Of a stretch of DNA of 64,000 bases, positions 42,187 through 52,278 are shown piece after piece. The first letter of the stretch is position 1; the number at the start of each line of letters is the position of its first letter. Where the stretch lies: assembly GCA_963771465.1 (NCBI GenBank), contig CAVYTU010000015.1, positions 928,001 to 992,000 on the forward strand, in the 5' to 3' direction. Under the pieces are notes generated by a model, which saw only the letters and a program-made list of their open reading frames with translations, had not been told where the DNA came from and searched no databases. The DNA comes from an uncultured delta proteobacterium (lineage in GTDB: Bacteria; Desulfobacterota; Binatia; UBA9968). The position numbers and the translations under genes are program-made.

Positions 42187-42212
42187 GGGGGCAACCGCAG
42201 ACGGTTGCCCCC
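42187..42212. repeat. Perfect GC hairpin (REP-like or terminator) after the GDPD gene
   Basis: GGGGGCAACCG-CAGA-CGGTTGCCCCC. Confidence 0.7.
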
Positions 42213-42228
42213 ATTCGATGGCAGACAG

Positions 42229-43473
42229 TTACTTCAATCCCATACAGTTGGCGTAATAAGTCACCGTGCCCGGCCAATCGGAAAAGATACCGAGAATCCC
42301 GACGTCTCGAGCTAGGACGTCGAGCAGTTCGTAGGTGTCGCCGGATTTATTGATGACGGGAGTTATCGTCTGGTAGTAAGAGCCGCCGCCGTCAGTCAGC
42401 GTTCCCGAGCGCTCCAGCGTCCACGTAATGATATCCAGTCCGGCGGCTTTGGCATTGATGGTATATTGGGAAGGCACGATTTTGTTTCCCTGCAATCCCA
42501 CCAGCACCCACGTCGGCGGCGCGACGATTTTTATGCCCTGCTGGGCGTAGGATTTCAGATCGGCCGCCGAAGGCACATGGCTCCGCACGTTAGCGTCGTC
42601 CAGGTAAACCGCCTGCTTGCCGAATGCCGGTTCACTTTTGATCCAGTAGAGGACATCGGGCTGATTGAACGACTGCGGCCACACATCGCTCGGTGACACG
42701 CCGGCGGCTTTATACTCATCGATCATCTTTTGCGCATATTGCTCCTGGGTGAAGCCGTTGAATGGCATCTGCACGGTGGGAAACTTGAGTTCCGGTGTCA
42801 TCCTCACACCGAGTTTTTTGAATAGTTCGATGCTTTCGGCATGGGTCATCAACGTGCCCCGGGAGGCGTACAAGTCCGTGCGAAAGTTTGGCGTGCCGTC
42901 CAAGAACTCGGCGACATTGGTCGCACTCGGATTGAAGGCATCCATCTTGCCCTTCAGCGTCTTGAACTCGGCGAGCGTAATGTCACTGGTGCGGCACTCG
43001 GCCGACGCCGGCTTATCCAGCGAGCCGTCGGCTTTTAAGGTCGCCGATGTAAATTGCTTGAAGCATGTCTTTGCCAGCGGCGTATCCAGGATATTAGTAG
43101 TGGTATGAAGATCGTTCTGTGCATGGCGACAGACGAGTTGCTTGTCCTTGGTAAATGTTACATCGCACTCGACGATCCCCGCGCCCATGCGCGCCGCCGC
43201 TTCGTAGGACTCCTTGGTATGCTCTGGAAATTGCAAGGCCGCGCCGCGGTGGCCGATCGAGAAATCGGTTTTTTTAAGCGGCTTCTCGCTGCACTGCTGC
43301 AGAGCCGTCTTGAGCGGCCCCGGATCCATATCGTCAACAAGAAAATATGGCCGAGGTCCCACCTGGATGTTGCGAATGTCCTCTTTTTTGCTATCTGCCG
43401 ATGAGACGATCGAATAACCGGGAAGCGCCGCAAGGGCGGCCGCGATTCCAACCATTGCCAATTTACTACCCAT
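42229..43473 (-). CDS. Secreted glycerophosphodiester phosphodiesterase
   Basis: IGHRGA, PEHT, ECD, CRH, PELK, QSF, WTLERSG, FSDWP; signal peptide. Confidence 0.95.
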   Translation of the reverse strand: MGSKLAMVGIAAALAALPGYSIVSSADSKKEDIRNIQVGPRPYFLVDDMDPGPLKTALQQCSEKPLKKTDFSIGHRGAALQFPEHTKESYEAAARMGAGIVECDVTFTKDKQLVCRHAQNDLHTTTNILDTPLAKTCFKQFTSATLKADGSLDKPASAECRTSDITLAEFKTLKGKMDAFNPSATNVAEFLDGTPNFRTDLYASRGTLMTHAESIELFKKLGVRMTPELKFPTVQMPFNGFTQEQYAQKMIDEYKAAGVSPSDVWPQSFNQPDVLYWIKSEPAFGKQAVYLDDANVRSHVPSAADLKSYAQQGIKIVAPPTWVLVGLQGNKIVPSQYTINAKAAGLDIITWTLERSGTLTDGGGSYYQTITPVINKSGDTYELLDVLARDVGILGIFSDWPGTVTYYANCMGLK

Positions 43474-43921
43474 AGAAATTCTCCTTCCAAATTTTGCTCA
43501 CGCCGTCTGTATACGGTTGGTCTGTTTCGATCCGTTGGCGAGTCGATTAAGTATCGATGACGTAAGAAGGAAATTGATGGGGACCGCGTCGCCTCGAGTG
43601 GAACGAGAATTATCAGAATTTAAAGGAGGAGAGATAAGCTCAAGGAGCGGATGCCGACGAATACGATCGCGCTGGCTCAAGACGGCGACGAGTAATAGCC
43701 GCGAGCTGTTACTATTAGAAATCGGACAGCGCGAAGATTGCAGTGATTGTTACATCGGACCTGGTGCTCTTCCCCACATCACCGTTAGGCATCGCCAAAG
43801 AGTCGGAGCGCTTGGTTAACTCTACGTGACCTGAAAGTCTGTCTATTGCGTTTTTATGCTCGTTTGTGGCTCATAATATGAATGAGAGAATGCCAGTCAG
43901 CGGCGCGACGGAGGGCGTAAA

Positions 43922-46072
43922 ATGGCCTACGAGCTCAAACATCGCACAATGAAGACCGTCGAGCGGGGCAAAAGCTTTCCGCTCGGCGCCACGCTGGCGG
44001 CCGATGGAGTGAATTTCGCCGTCTACTCGAAGCACGCGAAGGAAGTTTTTCTCCTGCTCTTCGACACGCCTGATAGCGAGCCCAGCGATATCATCCAACT
44101 GAACAACCGCGATAAATTCATTTGGCATGCGCGAGTAAACGGCGTGCGTGCCGGCCAGCTCTATGGCTATAAAGTGCGCGGCGAGCACCTGCCGGAGTCG
44201 GGCCTGCGCTTCAATGATGCCAAGCTGCTGCTCGACCCCTATGCCAAGGCCGTCAGCGGGAAAGTGCGCAACGTCGACAATCTTTTGCTGCCCTACGATC
44301 CTCGGCATGAAGCGCGAGATCTTTCCTTAGACGCGCGCGACAACACGAACATCGTGCCGAAGGCGATCGTCGTTGACGACGCGTTCGATTGGGAAGACGA
44401 CATCTCTCCCGATCTTTTGCTGGAACAGTTGATTATCTATGAGGTGCACGCCAAGGGATTTACCGCGCACCCGTCCTCTGGCGTCGAGCTTCCCGGCACC
44501 TATCTCGGTTTCATTGAAAAGATCCCGCATCTCAAGCGGCTCGGTGTTAACGCCGTGGAGCTCTTGCCCGTCCACGAATACGTCGTCGACGACTTCCTCG
44601 TCGAGCGCGGCCTGACGAATTACTGGGGTTACAACTCCATCGGATTTTTCGCGCCGGAATCGTCTTATTCCACACAGCGAACGCAGGGCTGCCAGGTCGC
44701 CGAGTTCAAAACCTTGGTGCGGGCGCTGCACAAGGCCGGGATCAAAGTCATCCTCGACGTCGTCTATAACCACACCGCCGAGGGCAATGAGTTCGGTCCG
44801 AGCATCTGCTTTCGCGGTCTCGACAATCTCTCCTACTACAGCCTGACCGGGCCGGCTAACACGCCGCGCCGCTACTACATGAACCACACCGGCTGCGGCA
44901 ATAGCCTCAACTTCGACAGTCCAGCGGTGATCCGGCTGGTCATGGACTCGCTGCGCTACTGGGTCGAGATCATGCATGTAGACGGATTTCGCTTCGACTT
45001 GGCGTCGGTGCTCGGGCGTGGCGAACAGGACGGACATTTCCAATCATCGGCGTCGTTCTTCGACGCCGTCGCACAGGATCCCGTGCTGACCCAGGTGATC
45101 ATGGTGGCGGAGCCTTGGGATCTCGGCACGTATCAGGTCGGCAATTTTCCCGTCGATTGGTCGGAATGGAATGGCAAATTCCGCGACACCCTGCGGCGCT
45201 TCGGCAAGGGCGATAGCGGCCAGCTATCCGACGTCGGCTGGCGGCTTACAGGGTCAGCCGATCTTTACGGCGAGGACGGACGCTCGGCGTACAACAGCAT
45301 TAATTTCATCACGTGCCATGACGGTTTCACGCTGCACGATCTGGTCGCGTACAACGACAAGCACAATGAGCCCAACGGCGAGAATAATCGTGACGGCTCC
45401 AACGACAATCATTCGTGGAATTGCGGCGTGGAAGGCGACACCGAAGATGCCGCCGTTTTGGCGTTGCGTAAGCAGCTGATCAAAAGCAACGCGTGTTATC
45501 TCCTTTTTTCATCGGGAACGCCGATGATTCTCGGCGGTGATGAGTTCGGTCGCTCGCAGCGCGGCAATAACAACGCTTACTGCCAGGACAACCCGATCAA
45601 CTGGTTCGATTGGACGCTCATGGAGCGCAACGCGGAGATTTTCGATTTCTTTCAAAAGGCGATCGCCTTTACGCGGCGCTTTCCGGTGCTGCAGCATCGC
45701 AAGTTTTTGCTCGGCAAGGACCTTGACGACGACAACGTGGCTGACCTCACTTGGTTTGCGCCGGACTTGGGCGAACCCCAATGGCGGGATGTCAACACGC
45801 GCACGCTTTGCTTCCAACTCGACGCCAGCGAGGACGGATCTCATCTCGGCGTCGATCGTCTGTTCTTTATTCTCAACGCCCATCACGAGTCGCAATGGAT
45901 TAAGCTGCCGCTGCTGGATGCCGGGCGCGCTTGGCACCGAGCGATTGATACGAGCATACGCGGCAAAGAGAGCTTCACCGACGCCGGCTGGGAAATCCTC
46001 GTCGATCCGCCGGATCACTACATTGCCAATGCGCGCAGCACCGTAGTGCTGCTCGCGCGCGCGCCGGTGTGA
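43922..46072 (+). CDS. glgX: Glycogen debranching enzyme (isoamylase, GH13)
   Basis: NYWGY, LDVVYNH, GFRFDLA, AEPWD, CHDGFTL, NNAYCQDN. Confidence 0.97.
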   Translation: MAYELKHRTMKTVERGKSFPLGATLAADGVNFAVYSKHAKEVFLLLFDTPDSEPSDIIQLNNRDKFIWHARVNGVRAGQLYGYKVRGEHLPESGLRFNDAKLLLDPYAKAVSGKVRNVDNLLLPYDPRHEARDLSLDARDNTNIVPKAIVVDDAFDWEDDISPDLLLEQLIIYEVHAKGFTAHPSSGVELPGTYLGFIEKIPHLKRLGVNAVELLPVHEYVVDDFLVERGLTNYWGYNSIGFFAPESSYSTQRTQGCQVAEFKTLVRALHKAGIKVILDVVYNHTAEGNEFGPSICFRGLDNLSYYSLTGPANTPRRYYMNHTGCGNSLNFDSPAVIRLVMDSLRYWVEIMHVDGFRFDLASVLGRGEQDGHFQSSASFFDAVAQDPVLTQVIMVAEPWDLGTYQVGNFPVDWSEWNGKFRDTLRRFGKGDSGQLSDVGWRLTGSADLYGEDGRSAYNSINFITCHDGFTLHDLVAYNDKHNEPNGENNRDGSNDNHSWNCGVEGDTEDAAVLALRKQLIKSNACYLLFSSGTPMILGGDEFGRSQRGNNNAYCQDNPINWFDWTLMERNAEIFDFFQKAIAFTRRFPVLQHRKFLLGKDLDDDNVADLTWFAPDLGEPQWRDVNTRTLCFQLDASEDGSHLGVDRLFFILNAHHESQWIKLPLLDAGRAWHRAIDTSIRGKESFTDAGWEILVDPPDHYIANARSTVVLLARAPV

Positions 46073-46315
46073 CGACACTTTCGGATTTTGTCAGCGGAAA
46101 TCGAGGCACCCGGAAAGTGAGAACCAAGGAATTCGCTACGCTAGCCGCTGACGCAGAACAAGAAAAAATAAAGAACATAGGCCAACGCAACAGTGTGTCG
46201 CGACCTTCTCGTTGAAGCTCTGGCACTGTGAGATAAAATTTGTTATCTCCTGCGCGACGCTCACGGTAACAACGACCCAATCGCCGACGCGACGCGGCGT
46301 GAAAGGATAACCCAA

Positions 46316-47026
46316 ATGATCGACGAAACTTACCAGGCGGTCAAAAGCGATTTCATCATGGCGCTGCGAATTATCTATCGCGAGGGATTGAGCGATGCCT
46401 TCGCTCATTTGAGCGCGCGCAGCACAGACGGCAATGAGATGATGTTTATGCCGCGCAAGAGCCCGGCGCTGGTGCAGAGCGACGAATTGTTTTTTGTCGA
46501 CTTCGAAAAACCGGTGCCGCAATCTTCCTTGCACCAGGCGATTTATAAAGCCCGTGCCGATGTCAAAGCGGTTTTTCACTTTCATTCTCCTGCCGTGGTG
46601 CTGTTGAGCGTCGTCGGTCAAAGCATTCGCCCCATGCACAACTACAGCGCGATTTTCTACCAAGGCGTGCCGCTCTACACCGGCACGGGGCAGGTCGAAT
46701 CGCCGGCACGGGCCGGGGAAATGGCCAAGTTGCTGGGCGATGCTAAGGCGTTGATGCTGCGCGGCCATGGCGCCGTCGTCGTCGGCCAGTCCATTCGCGA
46801 GGTTTGTATGCTAGGGCTTTTCTTAGAGGAGTCGGCGCGGCTGCAAACCGAAGCGATGCGGCTCGGCACGCCCATGTTCATGGAGCGTGACGAGGCCGAG
46901 AAAATCGCCAAACGAACCTTCAAGCCGGCGTCCGTGGAGCGCGCGTGGGATCATTTTGCCGCGAAATGCGCCGAGTTATTGATGCACCCGACAAAGAGAC
47001 GTCCCATTCCCGATGACAGGCAGTAA
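46316..47026 (+). CDS. Class II aldolase/adducin family protein
   Basis: AHLSAR, HQAIYKARADV, HFHSP, LRGHG Zn ligands. Confidence 0.92.
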   Translation: MIDETYQAVKSDFIMALRIIYREGLSDAFAHLSARSTDGNEMMFMPRKSPALVQSDELFFVDFEKPVPQSSLHQAIYKARADVKAVFHFHSPAVVLLSVVGQSIRPMHNYSAIFYQGVPLYTGTGQVESPARAGEMAKLLGDAKALMLRGHGAVVVGQSIREVCMLGLFLEESARLQTEAMRLGTPMFMERDEAEKIAKRTFKPASVERAWDHFAAKCAELLMHPTKRRPIPDDRQ

Positions 47027-47134
47027 TTATCGGTCCGATCACGGATACGAAAGATAAATTTCACGAGAGCGGCGCAAATAAACCTTTGCATCCGTCAAGC
47101 AATATTTTCACCGCCGCTTAGCTGAGGAGAGGTC

Positions 47135-48172
47135 ATGAGCGAAAAAGATGTCGAGATCGTTTTTGTCGGCGACGCCTACGTACAACGGCCCGATCCGGAC
47201 TCGGCTTTTGAACATGTCGGCCCCTACCTGCGCGCGGCCGACATCGCGTTCTGCAACCTAGAAACCGTGGTTGCCGATCCCCAATACCTCGTTCCGGAAC
47301 ATCGCCGTAAGGGCCCGCGCACGGATGAGTGGATGCTGCCGGCTTATGTGCGGGCCGGCTTCAAGATCGTCAACCTGGCCAACAATCCGAGCATGTACCA
47401 GGGGGTGGAAGGGTTGCTGCGTACCATCGAGTTGCTCGATAAAGCGGGAATTCCGCACGGTGGCGGCGGACGAAATCTCGCCGAAGCACGCCGGCCGGCG
47501 ATCGTCGAAAGCAAGGGCATCCGCGTGGCATTTGTTTGCCGCACCTCGGTTTATGCGCTCACCGCGCCGGCGACGGCTGATCGCGGCGGCGTTGCGGTGG
47601 TGCGCGTGAGCACGGCGTACGAGCCACCGCCGCGCTTCTTCGAGATGCCGGGAGCGCCGCCGATCATTCATACCGTCGCCAACCCGGAAGATGTGGCGGC
47701 CATGCAGGAGGATGTGCGCGCCGCCAAGAGTCAGGCGGACGTTGTCATAGTGTCGTGGCACTGGGGCGTTTCCCCAACCGGCGGCGGTACCGGCGAACTC
47801 GTAGGATACCAAGTGGAAATGGGCCACGCGGCAATCGATGCGGGAGCGGACCTGGTCGTGGGACATCATCCACACCTAGTTCAACCCATTGAGGCCTACA
47901 AAGGAAAAATCATTTTTTATTCCATCGCCAACCTTGTGCACGACCTATCCGATCAGCATAAAAACCGGCCGACGATCCTTGCACGTTGCCGGATTCGCGA
48001 TGGTCAAATCCGCGAAGTCGCGTTCATGCCGGGTTGGATTAGCGCGGAACACCAGCCCAAGTACATGAAGCCGGCCGAGCTCCCCGACGTCGTCAAGCAC
48101 GTCGAGCAAGTGTCGAGCCGCTTTGGATCTCAATTCGAGGTGAGAGACGAAGATGTGGTCGTGCGAATGTAA
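47135..48172 (+). CDS. CapA (PGA_cap) family metallophosphoesterase-like protein
   Basis: VGD, CNLE, NLANN, SWHWG, GHHPH, YS. Confidence 0.9.
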   Translation: MSEKDVEIVFVGDAYVQRPDPDSAFEHVGPYLRAADIAFCNLETVVADPQYLVPEHRRKGPRTDEWMLPAYVRAGFKIVNLANNPSMYQGVEGLLRTIELLDKAGIPHGGGGRNLAEARRPAIVESKGIRVAFVCRTSVYALTAPATADRGGVAVVRVSTAYEPPPRFFEMPGAPPIIHTVANPEDVAAMQEDVRAAKSQADVVIVSWHWGVSPTGGGTGELVGYQVEMGHAAIDAGADLVVGHHPHLVQPIEAYKGKIIFYSIANLVHDLSDQHKNRPTILARCRIRDGQIREVAFMPGWISAEHQPKYMKPAELPDVVKHVEQVSSRFGSQFEVRDEDVVVRM

Positions 48173-48230
48173 CCGTGGTACTGCTTGGGTGTCTGGTTTT
48201 GAAACTCACCTGTGTGAGCGGCGATATCCA

Positions 48231-49499
48231 TCACAGCTGTTCCTTTATCGGGAAGGTAAAAAATTCAACGAGTCGTTCGACGATACCTCGTGACCGCCAC
48301 TGTTCGTAACTTATTTGCTGGGAATACTTCAAATCTTCTTTAAAGATTTCTTCGAGCCGATGAGCCATCCCGCTATCATAGACCGCGAGATTGAGTTCCT
48401 GGTTCAAGGCGAAAGATCGATTATCGAAGTTGCAGCTGCCGATCGTTGACCAGACGCCGTCGATCACTATGGTCTTGGCGTGCATGAGGGAAGCTTTGTA
48501 CTCAAAAATCTGAACGCCGCCGAGGAGAAGTGGGCCATAATGGCTGCGGCTTGCCGTGTAAGTGAGATGACTGTCGATCTCGCCCGGCAGTAATACGATG
48601 ACCTGAACGCCTCGAGCGGCCGCTTTCACCAGAGCTTCAGTCATGACGCCGTCGGGGATGAAGTACGGGTTGGTAATGAGGATTGATTTCTTAGCCGAGT
48701 TGATTGAGAGCAGAAAGAGCATGTAATTTTGAAAGCTGCCGCCGGTGGGCGAACTCTTGACGATTTGTGCCGGCAGATTTCCCCGTGGCTCAAGCCGGGG
48801 AAAGTAGCCATCGCCACCAATGGCGATGCCGGTGGTTTCGAGCCAGCTTTCGGCGAAGGCCGCCTGCATGAATCTCACTACTGGACCCTCGATTCGAACG
48901 TTGGTGTCGCGCCAATGTTCCGCGGTGCGACCATCGCCCGTCCAAGCTTCACTTATTCCATACCCCCCGGTAAACCCAATTCGACCATCAACCACCAAAA
49001 TCCGGCGGTGGCTTCGATAGTTGTAGCGTAAAAATTTCCACGGAAAAATAACTCCAGCCGCATCAACTCGGCGGAAGTATTCCACATGACAGCCAGCGTC
49101 CTTCATAGTCGCAATGATATCGGCAGGCGCCTTACCTGATCCGTGGCTATCCAGAAGAATATCTGCCTTGATACCAGCTCGGCAGCGTTCGGCAAAAGCC
49201 TGGGCCAGATCGCGAGCTATAGAACCGTCTTCGTAGAGGTACTGCGCAAATGTAATCGTGGACTTCGCGCTGCGTATATCTTGTAGCATCCTGGGAAATG
49301 TTTCATTGCCGTTGAGTAAGATTTCGACCCGATTGCCGCTGATGATGGGTGCGTCAGTATGAGCTTCGATCGTCGGAAAAAAGGTTGCTTCGCCGAGGGT
49401 GATCTCGGGAATTTGCTTTACGGCTAAAACAGACGAGCAACTCCACAACACGAGGACGGCAAACAGCCAATATAGTCGTTTCATTAAAAGTCGTTTCAT
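48231..49499 (-). CDS. cls: Cardiolipin synthase / phospholipase D family protein
   Basis: HRRILVVD (HKD variant with K to R) and HAKTIVID motifs; NPYFIP; NFDNRSFALN. Confidence 0.88.
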   Translation of the reverse strand: MKRLLMKRLYWLFAVLVLWSCSSVLAVKQIPEITLGEATFFPTIEAHTDAPIISGNRVEILLNGNETFPRMLQDIRSAKSTITFAQYLYEDGSIARDLAQAFAERCRAGIKADILLDSHGSGKAPADIIATMKDAGCHVEYFRRVDAAGVIFPWKFLRYNYRSHRRILVVDGRIGFTGGYGISEAWTGDGRTAEHWRDTNVRIEGPVVRFMQAAFAESWLETTGIAIGGDGYFPRLEPRGNLPAQIVKSSPTGGSFQNYMLFLLSINSAKKSILITNPYFIPDGVMTEALVKAAARGVQVIVLLPGEIDSHLTYTASRSHYGPLLLGGVQIFEYKASLMHAKTIVIDGVWSTIGSCNFDNRSFALNQELNLAVYDSGMAHRLEEIFKEDLKYSQQISYEQWRSRGIVERLVEFFTFPIKEQL

Positions 49500-49640
49500 T
49501 GTTTTGAAGTTTGTTCCAGCGATCGAGATTTCGCGAGCACGGCGTTTATTGTGATGGCGCAGATATGGGCCGGAACGGGAACTTAATCAAGATGTAGTTA
49601 TCAAGTGCGGTTGGTTGCCCGCCCCGGCAACAGCGACATG

Positions 49641-49657
49641 AGCAAGAGACGTACCCT
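49641..49657 (-). promoter_or_regulatory. Putative sigma54 promoter for cls
   Basis: AGGGTACGTCTCTTGCT, GG-N10-GC with TTGC. Confidence 0.6.
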
Positions 49658-49991
49658 GATCTTCGACGGACGGTTTTGTAATTATCACGGAATCAGATCC
49701 CCCTAGGGGAATTTGATGCTCTTCCGCTAAATGGCAACCTCGCCTGGCAAAGGGCAGCGCGAAGGGAATCGGGTTAGAATGTCGACTTTTCTTTGCTAAA
49801 ACAGAACAGCGGGTGCTTCGAACGTTAGTGCTGCGGGGCGGGATTTCTGAAGCGCAAAACGACGTAACGCATGGCCTTGGCTTTGAACAGTTAAAACAGC
49901 AATCAGAACATTTCCGACGGAGAGTTGACAGGAAAGCGCGTTAGCGCATACGCTGTGCTCAAAACAATTCGACAAGGGAGGAATCGTTTTT

Positions 49992-50621
49992 ATGATGACG
50001 CTTTATTTCAGTCCTGGCGCATGTTCTTTGGCCTCTCATATCGGTCTCGAAGAAACCGGCGCGGCTTATGAGGCAAAGCCGATCCTGCTCGCCAAGGGGC
50101 AGCAGAGGACCGCGGACTATCAGAAGATCAACCCGCGCGGCAAAGTACCGGCGCTCAGTGTCGATGGCAAAATCCTCGTCGAGAACACGGCGATACTCAC
50201 GTACCTTGCGCGGCGGTTTCCGGAAAAAAAACTGATGCCGAGCGATCCGGTCGAAGAGGCGCGCGGCATCGCGACAATGTGCTGGTTCTCCAGTATCGTG
50301 CATCCCTCGTACCAGCGCGTGAACCGGCCCGAGCGTTTTGCCGAAGGCGAAGCGGCGCACCCAGGGGTAAAAGAAAACGGACGGAAATCGTTCTGGGCCA
50401 ATTGCCAGGAAATCGACTCGATGATCCAAGGTAACGAATGGATTATGGGCCGAGATTTCACGGTCGTCGATGGCTACGCGCTGGTTTTCTACGGCTGGGG
50501 CATGCGCGGCGAATTTCCCATGAAAGAGCTCAGCGCTTACACGGCATGGCAGGAACGCATGATGAAGCGGCCGACGGTGAAGAAAACTGTCGACGCCGAG
50601 CAGAACGTTTCGACGTCGTAG
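49992..50621 (+). CDS. Glutathione S-transferase (beta class-like)
   Basis: YFSPGACS, INPRGKVP, FTVVD; TTGACA-N18-TACGCT upstream. Confidence 0.93.
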   Translation: MMTLYFSPGACSLASHIGLEETGAAYEAKPILLAKGQQRTADYQKINPRGKVPALSVDGKILVENTAILTYLARRFPEKKLMPSDPVEEARGIATMCWFSSIVHPSYQRVNRPERFAEGEAAHPGVKENGRKSFWANCQEIDSMIQGNEWIMGRDFTVVDGYALVFYGWGMRGEFPMKELSAYTAWQERMMKRPTVKKTVDAEQNVSTS

Positions 50622-50723
50622 TTTCACTCAGATGAGACTCTTCATCGTAAACGGTGCGCGCGCGCCAATGTTCAACTGGATTTGGCTATCGCGAGCATGA
50701 TCGAGTCGAACACAATAGCGAAT

Positions 50724-50757
50724 AAAAAGAGGAGCCCTTTACGGGCTCCTCTTTTTT
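50724..50757. terminator. Bidirectional rho-independent terminator
   Basis: AAAAAGAGGAGCCC-TTTAC-GGGCTCCTCTTTTTT between convergent GST and csbD. Confidence 0.9.
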
Positions 50758-50883
50758 AATGCGCTGAGCAGGGCTGCGGTCGAGATATGAGCGAACAAAG
50801 GTCTTGAATCATTGTTATACCGCGGGCCGACGCGCGAGCAGGACGCGAGATGACGCCAATTAATTAATCCGCTAGATACCCCA

Positions 50884-51132
50884 CTACTTTTGATTTCTCG
50901 ACTCGGTCGCTTTCCGTGACGCGACCTCCGCCTGCTCTCGCTTGGAATACCAATCTTCTGTCCAGTTTTTTAGTTCCTCTTGTTTATCGCCATACCTTTT
51001 TTGAATAACCCCTAAGAATTTGTCGTAGTCGCCCTCGGCTTCTAAAAGATCGTCGTCCGTCAATTGCCCCCATTTACTTTTTAGCTCGCCTTTGAACTGC
51101 TTCCATTGGCCCTTAAATTGATCGTTATTCAT
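50884..51132 (-). CDS. csbD: CsbD family general stress protein
   Basis: MNNDQFKGQWKQFKGELKSKWGQLTDDDL...IQKRYG; AGGAGG RBS. Confidence 0.95.
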   Translation of the reverse strand: MNNDQFKGQWKQFKGELKSKWGQLTDDDLLEAEGDYDKFLGVIQKRYGDKQEELKNWTEDWYSKREQAEVASRKATESRNQK

Positions 51133-51160
51133 AAGTGCCTCCTTCCATGATCGATGTAGA

Positions 51161-51177
51161 AGCACATACGGTACCAA
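51161..51177 (-). promoter_or_regulatory. Putative sigma54 promoter for csbD
   Basis: TTGGTACCGTATGTGCT, GG-N10-GC. Confidence 0.65.
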
Positions 51178-51245
51178 CTAAAATCATTCGCTCCACAAGC
51201 TAAACTATCTATAGGACGCTATTTGTGGGACAGCGCGGATGAAGA

Positions 51246-51263
51246 TGTCTCATCCGTGAGACA
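51246..51263. promoter_or_regulatory. Palindromic site, candidate enhancer (UAS) for a sigma54 activator
   Basis: TGTCTCA-TCCG-TGAGACA, perfect palindrome between two divergent sigma54 motifs. Confidence 0.6.
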
Positions 51264-51429
51264 GTCCTCGAAATTGGATTGCGGGATAAATAGCGCTCAA
51301 ATGCGCTGCAAAGCTCTGTGACGAATTTTTGTAGAGTCGCGCAGGATTAATTGGGACATTTGTCTGAGATTTCTCCTACGGCTTGTACTCGCCGTATCAA
51401 TAATTCTTTAAAAATAAAGCTTCAGCGCG

Positions 51430-51446
51430 CCGGTATCATTCTTGCG
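51430..51446 (+). promoter_or_regulatory. Putative sigma54 promoter for the ferritin-like gene
   Basis: CCGGTATCATTCTTGCG, GG-N10-GC with TTGC. Confidence 0.65.
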
Positions 51447-51538
51447 AAACATTAATTCATTGCCTCCTAGGTGTTCGCAGTACAATTATTTTTGACCGAA
51501 ACGCGCAGTCTCGCCGAAATAAATGAAAGGAGAGAATC

Positions 51539-52072
51539 ATGTCCATTCAAACAAACAGCGCTGGTAAAGTTCAGGAAGCCATCAAGCAAGGTGCGATAAC
51601 TCGCGAGTACAAAGCAGACATGGAGCATGTAGTCCAAGCACTGAACAGTTTACGTTCCACCGAAATTATGAGCTACCTGCAATATATGCAGCACCAATAC
51701 ATGGCGGTGTCTCTGCTGTCGCCGGGCATGAAAACCGAGTTCGGCGCCCATGCGACTCAAGAACTCGACCATGCCGATCGCCTCGCGGCTCGAGTGCAGC
51801 AATTGGGCGGAGTTCCTATCTACGATCCGAAAGAAATTTCTTCCAAGGCTGCCAATGTCGGTGTCGCTCCAGAGCAAGGCACTTCTTTGGCAGAAATGGT
51901 TACGGAAGATTTGATACTGGAAAGGCAGCAAATCGAAGCTTACACCGCTCTCATTCGCGAGCTCGGTGACCAGGATTTGGTAACGCGGCAAGTGCTATTA
52001 AGCATTCTCGTCGAAACGGAAAAGCACGCCAGCGAATTGGCCGATTATCTCAAAAGATCTCCGAACCAATAA
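51539..52072 (+). CDS. Ferritin-like di-iron protein (bacterioferritin/DPSL-like)
   Basis: E..SYLQY, ELDH, RVQQLGG, DLILE, ETEKH ligands; AAGGAG RBS. Confidence 0.9.
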   Translation: MSIQTNSAGKVQEAIKQGAITREYKADMEHVVQALNSLRSTEIMSYLQYMQHQYMAVSLLSPGMKTEFGAHATQELDHADRLAARVQQLGGVPIYDPKEISSKAANVGVAPEQGTSLAEMVTEDLILERQQIEAYTALIRELGDQDLVTRQVLLSILVETEKHASELADYLKRSPNQ

Positions 52073-52241
52073 GATCGAACAGATGCTCCATCTACTCTAA
52101 TGTGTGGCCGGCGCCCGCGCCACCCGCGCCGGGTAGCAGGACCGGCTGGACAAGAAGGAGCAGCCGGTGCGACTGGAGCAGCTGCTACAGATGGACGAAA
52201 TTCCAGGTAGGGTTTAATTGCCTTATCTGGTTTAGACGACC

Positions 52242-52278
52242 AAAAAAGGGGAAGGGAAAACCACCTTCCCCTTTTTTT
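52242..52278. terminator. Bidirectional rho-independent terminator
   Basis: AAAAAAGGGGAAGG-GAAAACCA-CCTTCCCCTTTTTTT. Confidence 0.88.

Noticed and set aside
47135-48172. Poly-gamma-glutamate capsule locus
   Set aside because: capB and capC are absent and the CapA-like protein has no membrane anchor
49730-49775. Possible c-di-GMP-I riboswitch (GGCAACC...GCGAAG)
   Set aside because: Lacks the GNRA tetraloop stem and a proper second hairpin
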